A stretch of 64,000 bases of DNA, taken from NCBI RefSeq assembly GCF_002571385.2, contig NW_019218144.1:42073-106072 (forward strand), read 5' to 3'. The notes under the pieces were generated by a model. The model saw only the letters and a program-made list of their open reading frames with translations. It ran no database searches and had not been told where the DNA came from. Every line of letters begins with the position of its first letter. Position 1 is the first letter of the stretch. Position numbers and translations under genes: made by a program. The DNA comes from Stylophora pistillata. Taxonomy: Eukaryota. Shown here one piece after another: positions 23,001 to 32,795 of this stretch.

Positions 23001-25881
23001 TGGATACATGACTGGAACCCAGTGCGTGCAATTCAAGTACCACATGATGGGGTCTGGGATCGGAACTCTTAGGATCTACCAAATGAAACGAAAAGGCTCA
23101 ACACCAAGAGTGGTTTGGTACCGAGTCGGAGACCAAGGAGAAGACTGGAATAATGCACGATTTAATTTGTTCGGGAAATTTTATATGGTAAGTCTAAGAT
23201 GTCTGGGAGACTTCACTTGTCCAAGCCTCTGAAGAAAGAGTTCCTAAGGAGCAGCTTACTCGGGAAAATCCTGAATCTTTCAGGTTTTCTTCTGAATAGA
23301 GCGAACTCTCTGATTTGCCGCACGTAAATGAGAGACTGCACTCACTAAGTTGTTGCACTTAGAATAGCAAGGCGAAGTCAAGTTTTACAAATTTTATCAC
23401 TACCTCTGATTAACCTTCCCAATTTCCTTCCTGAAATAATTTGCAAGGGCCACTGAAAATCCAAATGAATCTTTTAGCTACATCTCCTTCCTCTATCTGA
23501 ACATTTCTTACCTGTATATTACAATCCCCTTTCGATGACCTAAGCCTCGTATGTTTGTTTCACTGTAGATTTTCATTGAGGGTGAACGAGGTCCAACGTT
23601 CGAAGGGGACATAGCAGTGGACTCTATAACATTTACCCCTGGAAGATGCGTGGTAAGAGTCAGTAAAGAAGAAATCCAAGCGGACAGCCATGTGGGAGAA
23701 GGTGAGAACTCTGAGTTGCACACTAAGTTGTTTTATGACATAACCAAAGTAAAGTGCGCGCTCTGATTGATCAATTTAGTGTCCACCATTTGCCCATGGG
23801 AACACGCTGTTGATTTGAGCAAATGCAATGACTAGTTTCCGCGCGCTTCTTTTTTCTGGCCACGGAATATTTCAGTGTTAAATAAAAGGGAACTCTTTTG
23901 CTACAATGTATCAATGGTACGTTACGAAACACATGCTTCTTTCGTGCTCAGCAACCTTCCGCTTGTATTCATAACTTAATATTGTACGCTGTGGAACGCT
24001 ATAGCGTTTACCATTTGTTAAATTGAAAAGAAAACGAGAAACTTGGATAGACGGTTCGAGGTTTCATTCTCAAATAGAAAAAAAAAATGGTTGTTCAGCA
24101 GTATGTTCCTGCCTCACGGCGAGAGGAAAACGAGAGTTATCAGACCAGCATGAACAAACCTCGTTCCTAAGGCCTTTTCCCTCAGTTGGGGGTGGGGCCC
24201 ACAATTTTCGATGGTCTCCCCTTTAAACTCTGTTAAAGAGAACTGATTCCCCCAAACGCCACCAATACCCTCTCCCCCAACGACTGGTCCTTGAGACGGT
24301 CAGAGGCACATTCATAAATTTGACTTGATAGTTTTTTTTTCTGCAAATACTGCAAAACAGTTTAAAATTTTTTTTGTTTTGTTTTTTTCCAGGAGTGTGT
24401 TCCTTTGACGCAGGTTTCTGCCTGTGGAGAAATGAGGCATCTCAAGACCAGTTTGACTGGTCAATCACTGAGGGTGAAACACCCTCGGTGGGCACTGGGC
24501 CACTCACAGGATTTGGCGGGTCAGGTAATGCCCTTGCTATGGAAAAACCGATGCAAGTTTTTAGCACGAGTGACCAAGACGGAATTTCTCCTTACAATAT
24601 CAGGACAATCTCAAGTTGACAAGTGATGATGTTAAAGAGAAATATCAATCAGGGGATTGTTAGTTGCACTAGTACCAAGTCCTCCTTATCAACAGTATAA
24701 GAGTTGTATGGCAGAGAGTAAGGGGAGTTGTCAATGAGATCTTGGGATTGAAAAGGGTTTAGTCATCGATTCAGTCTTAGTGAGTGTTTTAAATCCGCAC
24801 CTAGAACGCTCGGAAAAGGCACCAACTGAGAAAGATAGGATAAAAGATCTGTAGCTTCCACGGGAGGTAAACAATCCGGTTCAAAGTGCCTGCCCTCAAG
24901 TAACACGGGATCAATGCAAATGCCAATTCCTGCGATTTTGTCCTCGTAGCGCTTTTTAACTCGCTGGTCCAGCTTCCTAGCATAATCAGAAAGAGGTACA
25001 GAAGACGTATCTTCAACATTTTCAATTGATTTAGCTTCACTTTCAGAATAATCCATTTTGGAAAGGCTACGATTTGCGATGTGAACATCATTTGCGTAAA
25101 ATGTGTATATTCACGCAACCCGCCGTTGTACACCAATATGGCGGAAAAATTTTCGTGACGTCACGTGAAAACGATCAATTGTGTTGTACTTGCGCTAGAT
25201 ACAATTTTCATCATACTTCTCTCTCTAGGAAAGTACGCTTTTATCGAGTCGTCTTCCCCTAGAAGGGCCGGCGACAAAGCCATGTTGAAAATATATGGCT
25301 CTGGAGAAGACGGCTGTTTGTTCTTTGCGTACCATATGTCAGGCAGAGATATAGACAGCTTGTCTGTTTATAAACAAGAACTGAGAAAAGGAATCCTACC
25401 TGCCCTGCTTTGGACCGAAAATGGAAACCAGGGAGACGACTGGCGAAAGGTTGAAATTGGTATTAAAGGAGGTAGCCAATATAAGGTAGGTACAAGATGC
25501 GAGTTACAGACATCTTAATCGTACAAATTGGCTAAAGCAGAAAGTTGAAATTTAGAGTAAAATTTGTGTATCAAAATCAGCTTTCTTCATTTCACAGCGC
25601 TACGCTCGAACCAGTACCTTTTGGTAGGCCACACGTACACTTGGCTGACGCGCCTCTTAGATAAAATATCATTTTCAAAGATAATGAATTCTATGAATCA
25701 GTTGTGACTTCTATCATTTTTCATCTTTACTAATTTCACATTCTCTCCCATTCAGTTAATTATCGAAGCCGTAAGAGGTCGAAGCTTTCGAGGCGACATT
25801 GCAATCGACGATGTTGGTTTCAAGAAGGGTTTCTGTGGAAAGCCATTACAAGCAGTGAAAGCAGCGAAGAAAAAATCATAA
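11520..25881 (+). CDS. Gene A: secreted protein, signal peptide + 5 MAM domains (921 aa, 16 coding exons)
   Basis: join(11520..11673,14938..15072,16086..16330,16785..16941,17328..17462,17587..17834,18357..18477,18616..18744,19756..20009,20647..20809,21510..21638,22940..23187,23569..23701,24393..24524,25229..25485,25756..25881). All introns are GT-AG, phases are consistent, total 2766 nt ends in TAA. MAM motifs CxFD..FCxW, DDFDW, TPS..TGP, C..FxYHMxG, QGxxW and GDIAxDxIxF..GxC occur five times. Confidence 0.9.
14938..15072 (+). CDS. Gene A exon 2, MAM1 part a
   Basis: aag|AC...G|gtagga; DGGCDFDVDFCNWRNETGGDDFDWTRLGTRTPSSNTGPRKDRSGD. Confidence 0.88.
15479..15672 (+). mobile_element. piggyBac-like MITE (TTAA|CCCT terminus), 3'-truncated
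   Basis: TTAACCCTATAACCCCAGAGAGTGACCAGCATCTAATTTCTCC... Related copies at ~10906-11117, ~14187-14380, 22031-22714, ~24565-24762 and ~49993-50188, several ending in AAAGGGT(T)AA-like termini. Confidence 0.65.
16086..16330 (+). CDS. Gene A exon 3, MAM1 part b
   Basis: cag|GC...ACA|gtaaga; GSFVYTEASWPRKAGETARLVGGPFSGIMCMRFFYHMYG...QGNTWRYSNVTVFGSNYT. Confidence 0.9.
16785..16941 (+). CDS. Gene A exon 4, MAM1 part c + linker
   Basis: tag|ATT...G|gtaatt; IIFAARVGKSYQGDIALDEISFVNGTCDGKKLNYVPRARNTTMPLDKKRGET. Confidence 0.88.
16970..17250. repeat. (GGCT)n / degenerate (GACT)n tetranucleotide tract
   Basis: Direct reading, in intron 4 of gene A. Confidence 0.8.
17328..17462 (+). CDS. Gene A exon 5, MAM2 part a
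   Basis: tag|GG...G|gtaaac; [45 protein letters not shown]. Confidence 0.9.
17587..17834 (+). CDS. Gene A exon 6, MAM2 part b
   Basis: cag|GC...CAG|gtgctc; GAYIFIEGSDPQRPRDRALLMGPRICGRMCLQFFYSMNG...QGTDWHEALVDIGGACYQ. Confidence 0.88.
18357..18477 (+). CDS. Gene A exon 7, MAM2 part c
   Basis: cag|ATT...G|gtaagt; IILEGIVGPSYLSDLAVDDIFFSKGTCCQLKQDSFDAGLI. Confidence 0.88.
18616..18744 (+). CDS. Gene A exon 8, MAM3 part a
   Basis: aag|GT...G|gtcaga; GNCTFDEGFCEWTNDPNDDFDWQLIEGGTPSEQTGPTAGYGGE. Confidence 0.88.
19207..19442. mobile_element. hAT-like MITE
   Basis: Imperfect TIR CAGGGCGGTAGCTAG / CTGGCTACAGCCCGG; flanks TATCT / CATCT (5 bp, one mismatch); internal GGGGGCATGCCCCC palindrome. Confidence 0.6.
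19756..20009 (+). CDS. Gene A exon 9, MAM3 part b
   Basis: aag|GT...ATG|gtaagt; GQYLYVESSEPRRVGDRAILFSGLLKGLQCMRFRYYMFG...QGDKWHEARITLPCNATSYM. Confidence 0.9.
20647..20809 (+). CDS. Gene A exon 10, MAM3 part c + Thr-rich linker
   Basis: tag|ATT...A|gtaagc; IQIEAVIGVWRSDMAIDKIEFTKGACPPFQRTTTAATTTLKSTTPTLPANLLVE. Confidence 0.88.
21122..21445 (+). mobile_element. tRNA-like repeat with inverted and direct terminal segments
   Basis: tRNA-like core at ~21251-21323 (TAGCGCAGTTGGTAGAG...CACCGGTATCGCAGAGGTCATGGGTTCAAATC). 21122-21166 is the inverse of ~21352-21396. GATTTTCATATATTCAAATT is directly repeated at 21172 and 21424. Confidence 0.7.
21510..21638 (+). CDS. Gene A exon 11, MAM4 part a
   Basis: aag|AT...G|gtgaat; NNCSFSGHFCSWINDNNDDFDWLINKGETMTRNTGPASDADGD. 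Confidence 0.87.
22058..22530. mobile_element. Non-autonomous element nested inside a piggyBac-like MITE
   Basis: The host MITE is split between 22031-22057 and ~22527-22714. The insert has a short IR pair ATAACATGGCTAG / CCGGCTATGTTAT; its tail is similar to 23935-24022. Confidence 0.6.
22940..23187 (+). CDS. Gene A exon 12, MAM4 part b
   Basis: aag|GT...ATG|gtaagt; GWYIYLEASLQRSGEKAKLVSGYMTGTQCVQFKYHMMG...QGEDWNNARFNLFGKFYM. Confidence 0.9.
23569..23701 (+). CDS. Gene A exon 13, MAM4 part c
   Basis: tag|ATT...G|gtgaga; IFIEGERGPTFEGDIAVDSITFTPGRCVVRVSKEEIQADSHVGE. Confidence 0.87.
24393..24524 (+). CDS. Gene A exon 14, MAM5 part a
   Basis: cag|GA...G|gtaatg; GVCSFDAGFCLWRNEASQDQFDWSITEGETPSVGTGPLTGFGGS. 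Confidence 0.9.
24830..25180 (-). mobile_element. 5' remnant of an ISL2EU/Harbinger-type DNA transposon with a truncated ORF
   Basis: Minus ORF ...LSDYARKLDQRVKKRYEDKIAGIGICIDPVLLEGRHFEPDCLPPVEATDLLSYL resembles, from recall, the N-terminus of SWIM/YqaJ accessory proteins of these elements. The terminus reads ATTGATCGTTTTCACGTGACGTCA on the minus strand. Confidence 0.5.
25229..25485 (+). CDS. Gene A exon 15, MAM5 part b
   Basis: tag|GA...AAG|gtaggt; GKYAFIESSSPRRAGDKAMLKIYGSGEDGCLFFAYHMSG...QGDDWRKVEIGIKGGSQYK. Confidence 0.9.
25756..25881 (+). CDS. Gene A exon 16, MAM5 part c + basic tail, stop
   Basis: cag|TTA...TAA; LIIEAVRGRSFRGDIAIDDVGFKKGFCGKPLQAVKAAKKKS*. Confidence 0.87.
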   Translation, partial: LIIEAVRGRSFRGDIAIDDVGFKKGFCGKPLQAVKAAKKKS

Positions 25882-26260
25882 ACAGCAAGTAACAATTATG
25901 CAATCCGCGTCGACGAGGAAGAACTTACTCTCGGCAACAGTCCCTTCAGCATGACGACAGAACAAAGCATTGCTAACTGCTTTATAACCTGCATTTTTTA
26001 TCTCTGATATTGTACTACGCTCATGTTCTGGATGATTTTGCTACTATTTTTTTTCATAGTTTTTATATGTTTTTTTTTTCTGTGCGCTTGGTTTTTTTTT
26101 TCATATTAATGTTGTAGTTCCGGTTAATTTTTTCTTTTCGTTGTTGTTTCGGGGAAAGGCAAAATTTCGCGGAATACAACTTCAATGCGCAATTTTTGCA
26201 ATTACTTCAATTCGCAACTAAAATGTACGTTGCTGTTTCAGCTATGATGATGCAATGGTA

Positions 26261-26266
26261 AATAAA
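26261..26266 (+). terminator. Candidate polyadenylation signal (AATAAA) of gene A
   Basis: AATAAA about 380 nt after the stop codon, following a T-rich 3' UTR-like stretch (26040-26150). Confidence 0.45.
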
Positions 26267-27459
26267 CTGTTTCCTCCTGCCCGCGTAAAGATTGCAATAC
26301 ACAATGGCGACATAGCATTATTTGCCTGTATAAAGTGGTTTGAAATGTCACTCATAGGTGCCATTCGATTGGCAAAAGATTTTGGGAAACTTTTAGGAAG
26401 TTTATTTGAAACAATTGTCCGGAGAGTTCCTGAGTCAAAAACTCTTAGTTATCTAGTTTAGACTAATTGCATTGTTTGATGATTGGCTTCTGAACTATGC
26501 AATTACTAATTGTAAATAGACTATAAAAATCGCGAAATTTTTGCGTTAAATTGTGTGACGTTACTTACTGAAGCGTGACACAGACTACCGCAGACAAATG
26601 TTTGGCTGAACATCACTTGTTTAAATTAATCAAATTTCGTCTATCCTGAAGTTGTCATTCCTTAGGTTAATATCGGAAGGAGTTTGAATTACTTTTTCTA
26701 GAAAATTCACGACAACTGGACAACTAAATATAGAAGAAACTTCCTAACCTCAAGAAATAATATGATTATTGGAAAAGTAACCTTAAAATAGGCTAATCTT
26801 TACTCCCTATGGTTCTTCAAGAAGAAAGACAATTTTACACAACTTGCAGAAAAGAGACTTCAAAGATGCCTCTACTGCAAATCTTTTAAGATGCATTCAT
26901 AGGTTCCAAAAATCGCTTGATAAACAAATATTAAAACAATTAAAACACTCCGTCTGTAGCGCAATTTTTTTTTATGATTGTTTATTCAAACAGCTTGCCA
27001 GTTTGGCCGGGATGGTGTTTCTGGAGTACGAGATAAGATTTTAATCTATCGTCAAATTAATTTGAGTGCTTGTCGGTCCCGTAATTGCCATAAAAGGCAT
27101 CACCTTTTAATTTACTTTAGACATGTGGAATGTGCTTTTACATTTTCAGTAGAAGTCCGACAATTTAGAATCTTCTGGAACATAACTGTTGGCGTAATCC
27201 GGAAATACAAATCGTAAGCGTTTTCATCTGGTCGGCATGTCCATCTGGTCGGAAAGACAAGCGGCGCATTTTACAGTCAAGAAAATCAGTTTATATTAAT
27301 TAATTTTTAGGCACATTCACACTTGACTCCCTGTGAAAGAAGAATTGCAGACAGATCATTAACAATTAAAGATATTATTTCACTACATTTTCCGTCCATT
27401 TTCCATCCATTTTCCGTCCAATTTTTCCGTTCATTTTACCCGAAGAACACGATTAATGT

Positions 27460-27605
27460 AGAGAAAGATGTTCATTGTCTTCACACGAGCGTGGGACGGA
27501 GGAACGTTTCTGAGTCCTCACGAGGAATCGAACCTCAAACCTTCGGATTCCGCGCTCCGATGCTCTACCACTAAGCCGAGACTCTATGACGAACAAGGCC
27601 CAATA
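27460..27605 (-). mobile_element. tRNA-derived SINE
   Basis: Minus strand: GGCTTAGTGGTAGAGCATCGGAGCGCGGAATCCGAAGGTTTGAGGTTCGATTCCTCGTGAGGACTCAGA (A and B boxes). Confidence 0.7.
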
Positions 27606-27613
27606 CGAACTTA

Positions 27614-27685
27614 TGAAACGTCAGCTTTTGTAATCGTTACGGTGGCCAATTTACCATTTCAAATTTGTTGATATATCCAAATTAT
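27614..27685 (+). mobile_element. Penelope-like pLTR fragment
   Basis: Near reverse complement of 53104-53175 (GAAACGTCAGCTTTTGTAATCGTTACGGTGGCCAATTTACCATTTC). Confidence 0.65.
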
Positions 27686-30179
27686 TTCATATGACAAGCG
27701 TCATGATCTATTAGCTAGAAATATTATTTGGTGCAATCGGTGCAAAAATGTAAAGAGCAGTTAACGATCAAAGGGTCAAATAAATGACAATGAGATGATT
27801 AAAGATGACCAAAAAAATGTGGATGTGGCCTCAAAAAAATTCCTCATCAGTACTGCATTTTCTGTAAGTTGATAATTGCCCAAACTACTAGTTCCTTCAG
27901 CTAGCAGGCTGTTGTTTATTCAAACTATGGGAGTATTTAGTCTTGTTCGAGTGTTTTTAGAGACAGAGCGGGAAAGTACCCCGGCTGACCTGAAAAACAG
28001 TAAAATGTAAAGTTCCGTGCAGGTGCGCTTTCATCCCTACAATTTATGTCAACACCAGGAAACTGACAGAATTAGCTGAAACAGCGAAGAAGATTCTAGA
28101 ACTATTTCGCTACAGTATTTAACAACGTTGAGACTTATGCATTTTCAACATGAGAAGAAACTGAACTGTGTCGGTTACTTCAGCTTAGGAAGAAAATTCA
28201 CATGATGCACGGGTTTTGTGTCCTTATCATAATGATGCACATTTTCTGGGATTCAGCACTGCCTCAGCGACGTAAAACCGTGGTTGGAAAAGCGGGTGAG
28301 TTCCCTTCAAATTTTTTGTATTAGAATTATTATTTTAGTGGAGTTTACCATGGACTTTTCGAAGCAGTGTACGGTCACAAATCTTACGAAACCCGGAAGA
28401 GAAACTTTAAATCACGAATAAGCATTGATATGGAGAACAAAAAACGCCGAAGAAAGCTTATCAATTTTTTGGGGGTTGTACAAGATGCGCTCATGCGTCG
28501 CTACCAAATGGTACTTTCAACTGATGTAAGGGATCTGTTTGAATAAGCTGAAAAATGGTGCATATTGTCACCACTAAAAGGGAGAAAAAAAAAAAGAGAC
28601 AGGCTTCAATAACATATAAAACGATGAAAAAAGACGTGAATTAGAGGGTAAAATTTTTATGAAAATAAGGAGATTTTGTATTAATTCATTCGATCAAAGT
28701 ACCTTGGGATTTGACTGGAAGACATGTCAGCCTCGGGTATTTTATATGTACAAACATCTTCACAATCATATTCTTCTCTAATTCTCACTCACCCCGGCTT
28801 GCCGTTCTCTGTCGCGTGCTTCCGAATGGAGACTTCGACTGATAAAAACTCACCCAACTTCTTTAATTCTATCTAATCTCCCCCAGATCTTATCCATACG
28901 AAGCCTTCTTCGGTAAGATTCTAAAGAAAAACTCGCTCCAGTAACGTCCTCGTGTAAAGATTTTTAGATCAAATTTAAACGTGGATCGGCTTGAAAACTT
29001 TTTAACTGAAGTGAATTAATTGACGCTTTAGCTTTTCCGCGGTCAAAGGTTGGTCCTTGGATGGAAAGAAAAATCGATTGCATTTACATAGCTTTCTTAA
29101 AGGAAATGAAATGAACGCCATAAGTCATCTAGTTACAAAAGGCATTTGGAAATATTCGTAGCTTAAATCTACGAGTTTCCGGGGTCGTTCACATTCAAAA
29201 CTAGAATGAAGTCAAGAATTCAGTTCTCATTCTTCAACTGAAAGCAAGGAGTTTTTTAACAATAATATCCAGGGTATGAGATCAGAGGAAACATGTAACG
29301 GTTAGCGTGTCTTTGGGAATGCTTGCTGCAAACTTTCAGGGAGTGAACCCCGTCACTCGTGTGAGCACCGCCCAGATGCATGTAGTTTTACCCCGTTAGT
29401 CATTCCGACGAAATTCAAGCTCAGGAAATCTTTCAACTTATGGTGGGAAAATTTTTTAATTAGGCTAAGAACGATTAGCAATACAATGATGCGACAATGA
29501 TCTCTTTGCCTATACCTAGCTATGCTACCTGAGCATTTTAGGATGAACATAAACTACGTATAAAAGGCTTCTTGTGGAATCTCAGTTCCTCGTCAGATTT
29601 TTTAACTCGGTTTCTTTTGTCGCTGCGCAGAACTAAATTATTTTTCAATTTCTTGCGTAATTCCTTGCGCAAATGTTATCTGGTGACCGGCCCTTTCGAT
29701 ATTCTCTCGTCGAATGTAAGAAATACGTTCAACTATTGCATTAGGCAAAAATGATGTGGGAAATATCATAGCATGATACTTGGTACTTGAGTATAAAGTG
29801 TCTCATCATCCAGACAGTTAAGTAATTAAGGCTTAATTGAATTAATCATCTGAAGAATATTCTAGGGCGTAACAGTCACGGTAATCCGGAAATAAGCATA
29901 TTATCCTGTTCTCTTCTTAGGAAGGGCCAGCAAACACACACTTCTTTTAGCTTCTAATTAGGAGACGAGAGCAAAAGACATTTACATAGCTGTGGCAATT
30001 TTAGATGGACAGTAACTTTCTCGCGCTCAGTATATACCTTTCTTACTGAAGTTTTTGGACTGACGCTCACTAGCGGTACTCTTCAGTCGAGCAATTCAAA
30101 AATTTGATTTTGTAAACACTGTTAGAGAAGTGTTTGGAAAAAGTATCACTTAATTATCGTACAATCTATATCGATATTA

Positions 30180-30406
30180 GGGGCTGACTATTTAACTTTT
30201 GAGGGGGGAAGGGGTGGGTGATTTTGAAAAACAATTTCCTGCAAGCGCTTGTTAGAAGAAAAAAATTGCATCAAGCCCAAATGTAACAGAAAAAATGTAC
30301 CAAAAAATCGGAAAAAAAATATCCTGCGCAGCAGATTGCTTGAAAAAAATTTCTTGATGACCAGAAATCACCCAACCCCCCTCTCAAAAGTTAAATGGTC
30401 GGCCCC
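30180..30406. mobile_element. PIF/Harbinger-like (Tourist-type) MITE
   Basis: TIR GGGGCTGACTATTTAACTTTTGAG / CTCAAAAGTTAAATGGTCGGCCCC; TTA on both flanks. Confidence 0.8.
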
Positions 30407-32410
30407 TTAGACCTTTCCTTACACTTTTGTAAATTGTGCTGAAAAAAAAAACACGATATTAAATATTCAGAAACACTGAACTGTGGATCATGATAAAATT
30501 TCCTTTGGTTACCTAGGTAGTGTTAAAGAAACTAAAAATCTTCCATCAAAAACAAAGCTTGTGAATGAATCGTCACAAAACATTCCGCACTGTTTGATGG
30601 CTCATATTTCCTTAAGTATTGTACAGATTACACTCCTTTTACTCAAGCGGGTCAACTGGGTTCTTTACCGTTTTCTTATTAACATCACGACCAACAGGCA
30701 AGTTCTTTCGCCTACTCAAATCGTGTATGATTAAAGGTAGTTAGTATTTAGTGTAAGAATGATGGCACATTTTCAAACTCTCGTGTACGTTGTCGTCGTA
30801 AGGAGGTCAAATTTCTTTTTTTTTGCGTCTCGCTCGTGACAAACAAAAATTTTTTTTTTCGACTACCAAGCTTATAAGTAATCCCATGACGCCTTCGACA
30901 TTGATTATTCTGGCAGTGTGTAGGACGTGTGTCACTTATGTACCCACCAATTTCCTAGCATCGGAGCGCAAATTGTGAAGGTCCGCTGGGATTCGTGTAA
31001 TTCTTAGTAGAAGACTCTTCAGTTGTTGATGTAAGTGTTACTTTATTCGTGATACAAAGTGACGGATTTTACTTTGATATGCACACTCATGTTCCGATGA
31101 GTCAGTTCAAACCGAGTGACAGTTTATATTACTCGTACTCCTTTAGGAACGTCCGCCACATGCTTAAAAACGCAGGGAGGTTCCTCCATCGATTCTCTTT
31201 TATTCTGAGCCCAATGGAATTTTAAGTGGGATGGCTTAATAGACAAACCAGGTGAAAAACAAGAACCTTTTTTTACAAATTGCCTGGTAACCATCCGAAG
31301 CTTAATAAGCTTGTAAATACCCAATCGATTTGATTTTGAAAGATCTTATATTATTATCAGATTAACAACATTGCCCATCTTGGCGAGCTTAAGTTGTCAT
31401 ATGAAGTAAACAGTTCGTAAGTTCATTATTTGTTAATTTCTCAGCTATGGAAAAATCCTATGCAATCGTCGAAGCAACCGGACATTTTACTTCACCGGTT
31501 TGTTACTTTACTCTGTTTGTTCTTAGGGAAACAAAACGTCTGTGGGCCTAAAAATAGCACATCGAATCAAGACTGCATGTTTCTAATCAATGAATATGAT
31601 CCATACTACTTTGTCTAACAAAGATCGATAAATGATATTTTCTTCAAAAAGGAATAGCCTCTTAGCATATTGGCGCCAGATTGTGAAACGACAGTTCTCG
31701 AGGACAAAATCCAATCCATATGGCACGGTGTTCATGCCCGGATGTTCATGGAAGTTGAAAAAGATGAAATTCTCCTAGTCATATTGACCAAATACTCTCT
31801 TTCAACCGCAATGGCCTGTTTTATCTAGAGTTTGGGGAAATCTGTCTACAGCCTTCATACGCTACGTAGTAGTAAGACATTAACATTTTATTAAAATTTA
31901 TTAATTTATTAAACAGGTAGCCTCCCACAGATGTGTAAGCAAAACATAGTCAAAAAATCTGGACATGTTTATTTGTCTATTACAACTAAAACGCATTTTT
32001 AAAACATCCCATTAAGACAGACGAGCCCCCTTTTATGTTATGGAAAACGAGAATTAAAGTATCTGAAAAGAACAACTTCAGTTTTCTAGACCATGACACT
32101 TATAACTTTGACAATGCTTTGGGGTCTGTTTGTTTGCAAGACCTCTTCACCTGAGAGCATTTCGTCGATCAGAAGATCATCAGATGATACTTGATCTTCT
32201 TGATGTATGCATCTCCTTTCTGAAAGAAATGTTGTTTAATGCTCTAATGTACAGTTTCGGATTCTTTCCTTTTGTACATAAAAATTTTGGTAAATCATTA
32301 TTTCCTAGTTTCCTTTGTTTTCGTTGTTGTCCGTGCGAGACAAAGTTTAGAGTCTTATGAAACTACTTTTCTCTTTGCGTTCAATTGCATAAAATTTGGG
32401 AATGTTTAAG

Positions 32411-32541
32411 AATGCATGAATCTACGCTACAAGTACGCCAGTGTATTTTGATCGGAGCACCTCGGCGCTGTATGAAACGACTATGCTGCTAGTAAGGTCC
32501 AGGATCAAGGAAACAAATTAAAAAAAGGGTTTGAGCCCCGG

Positions 32542-32580
<39 letters not shown>

Positions 32581-32795
32581 TGTGCTACCTTTCTATAACA
32601 TCAAGAAATTGATAGACATTCTAATCTTCGCGTATAAGGACGAATAAACCATAGGTCCCGTCTCCTGCATCTATTAATTAGTTAATTTAATGCATGAATC
32701 TACGCTACAAGTACGCCAGTGTATTTTGATCGGAGTACCTCGACGCTGTATGAAACGACTATGCTGCTAGTAAGGTCCAGGATCAAGGAAACAAA
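32411..32795 (+). repeat. 107-bp direct repeats flanking a 5'-truncated SINE fragment (32527-32672)
   Basis: 32411-32517 and 32689-32795 differ at 2 positions; the insert matches the SINE at 36900-37045. Confidence 0.85.

Noticed and set aside
25789-25797. RGD in gene A MAM5 (also gene B MAM3, 49126-49134)
   Set aside because: These overlap the conserved GDIA beta-strand motif of MAM domains and are probably structural.
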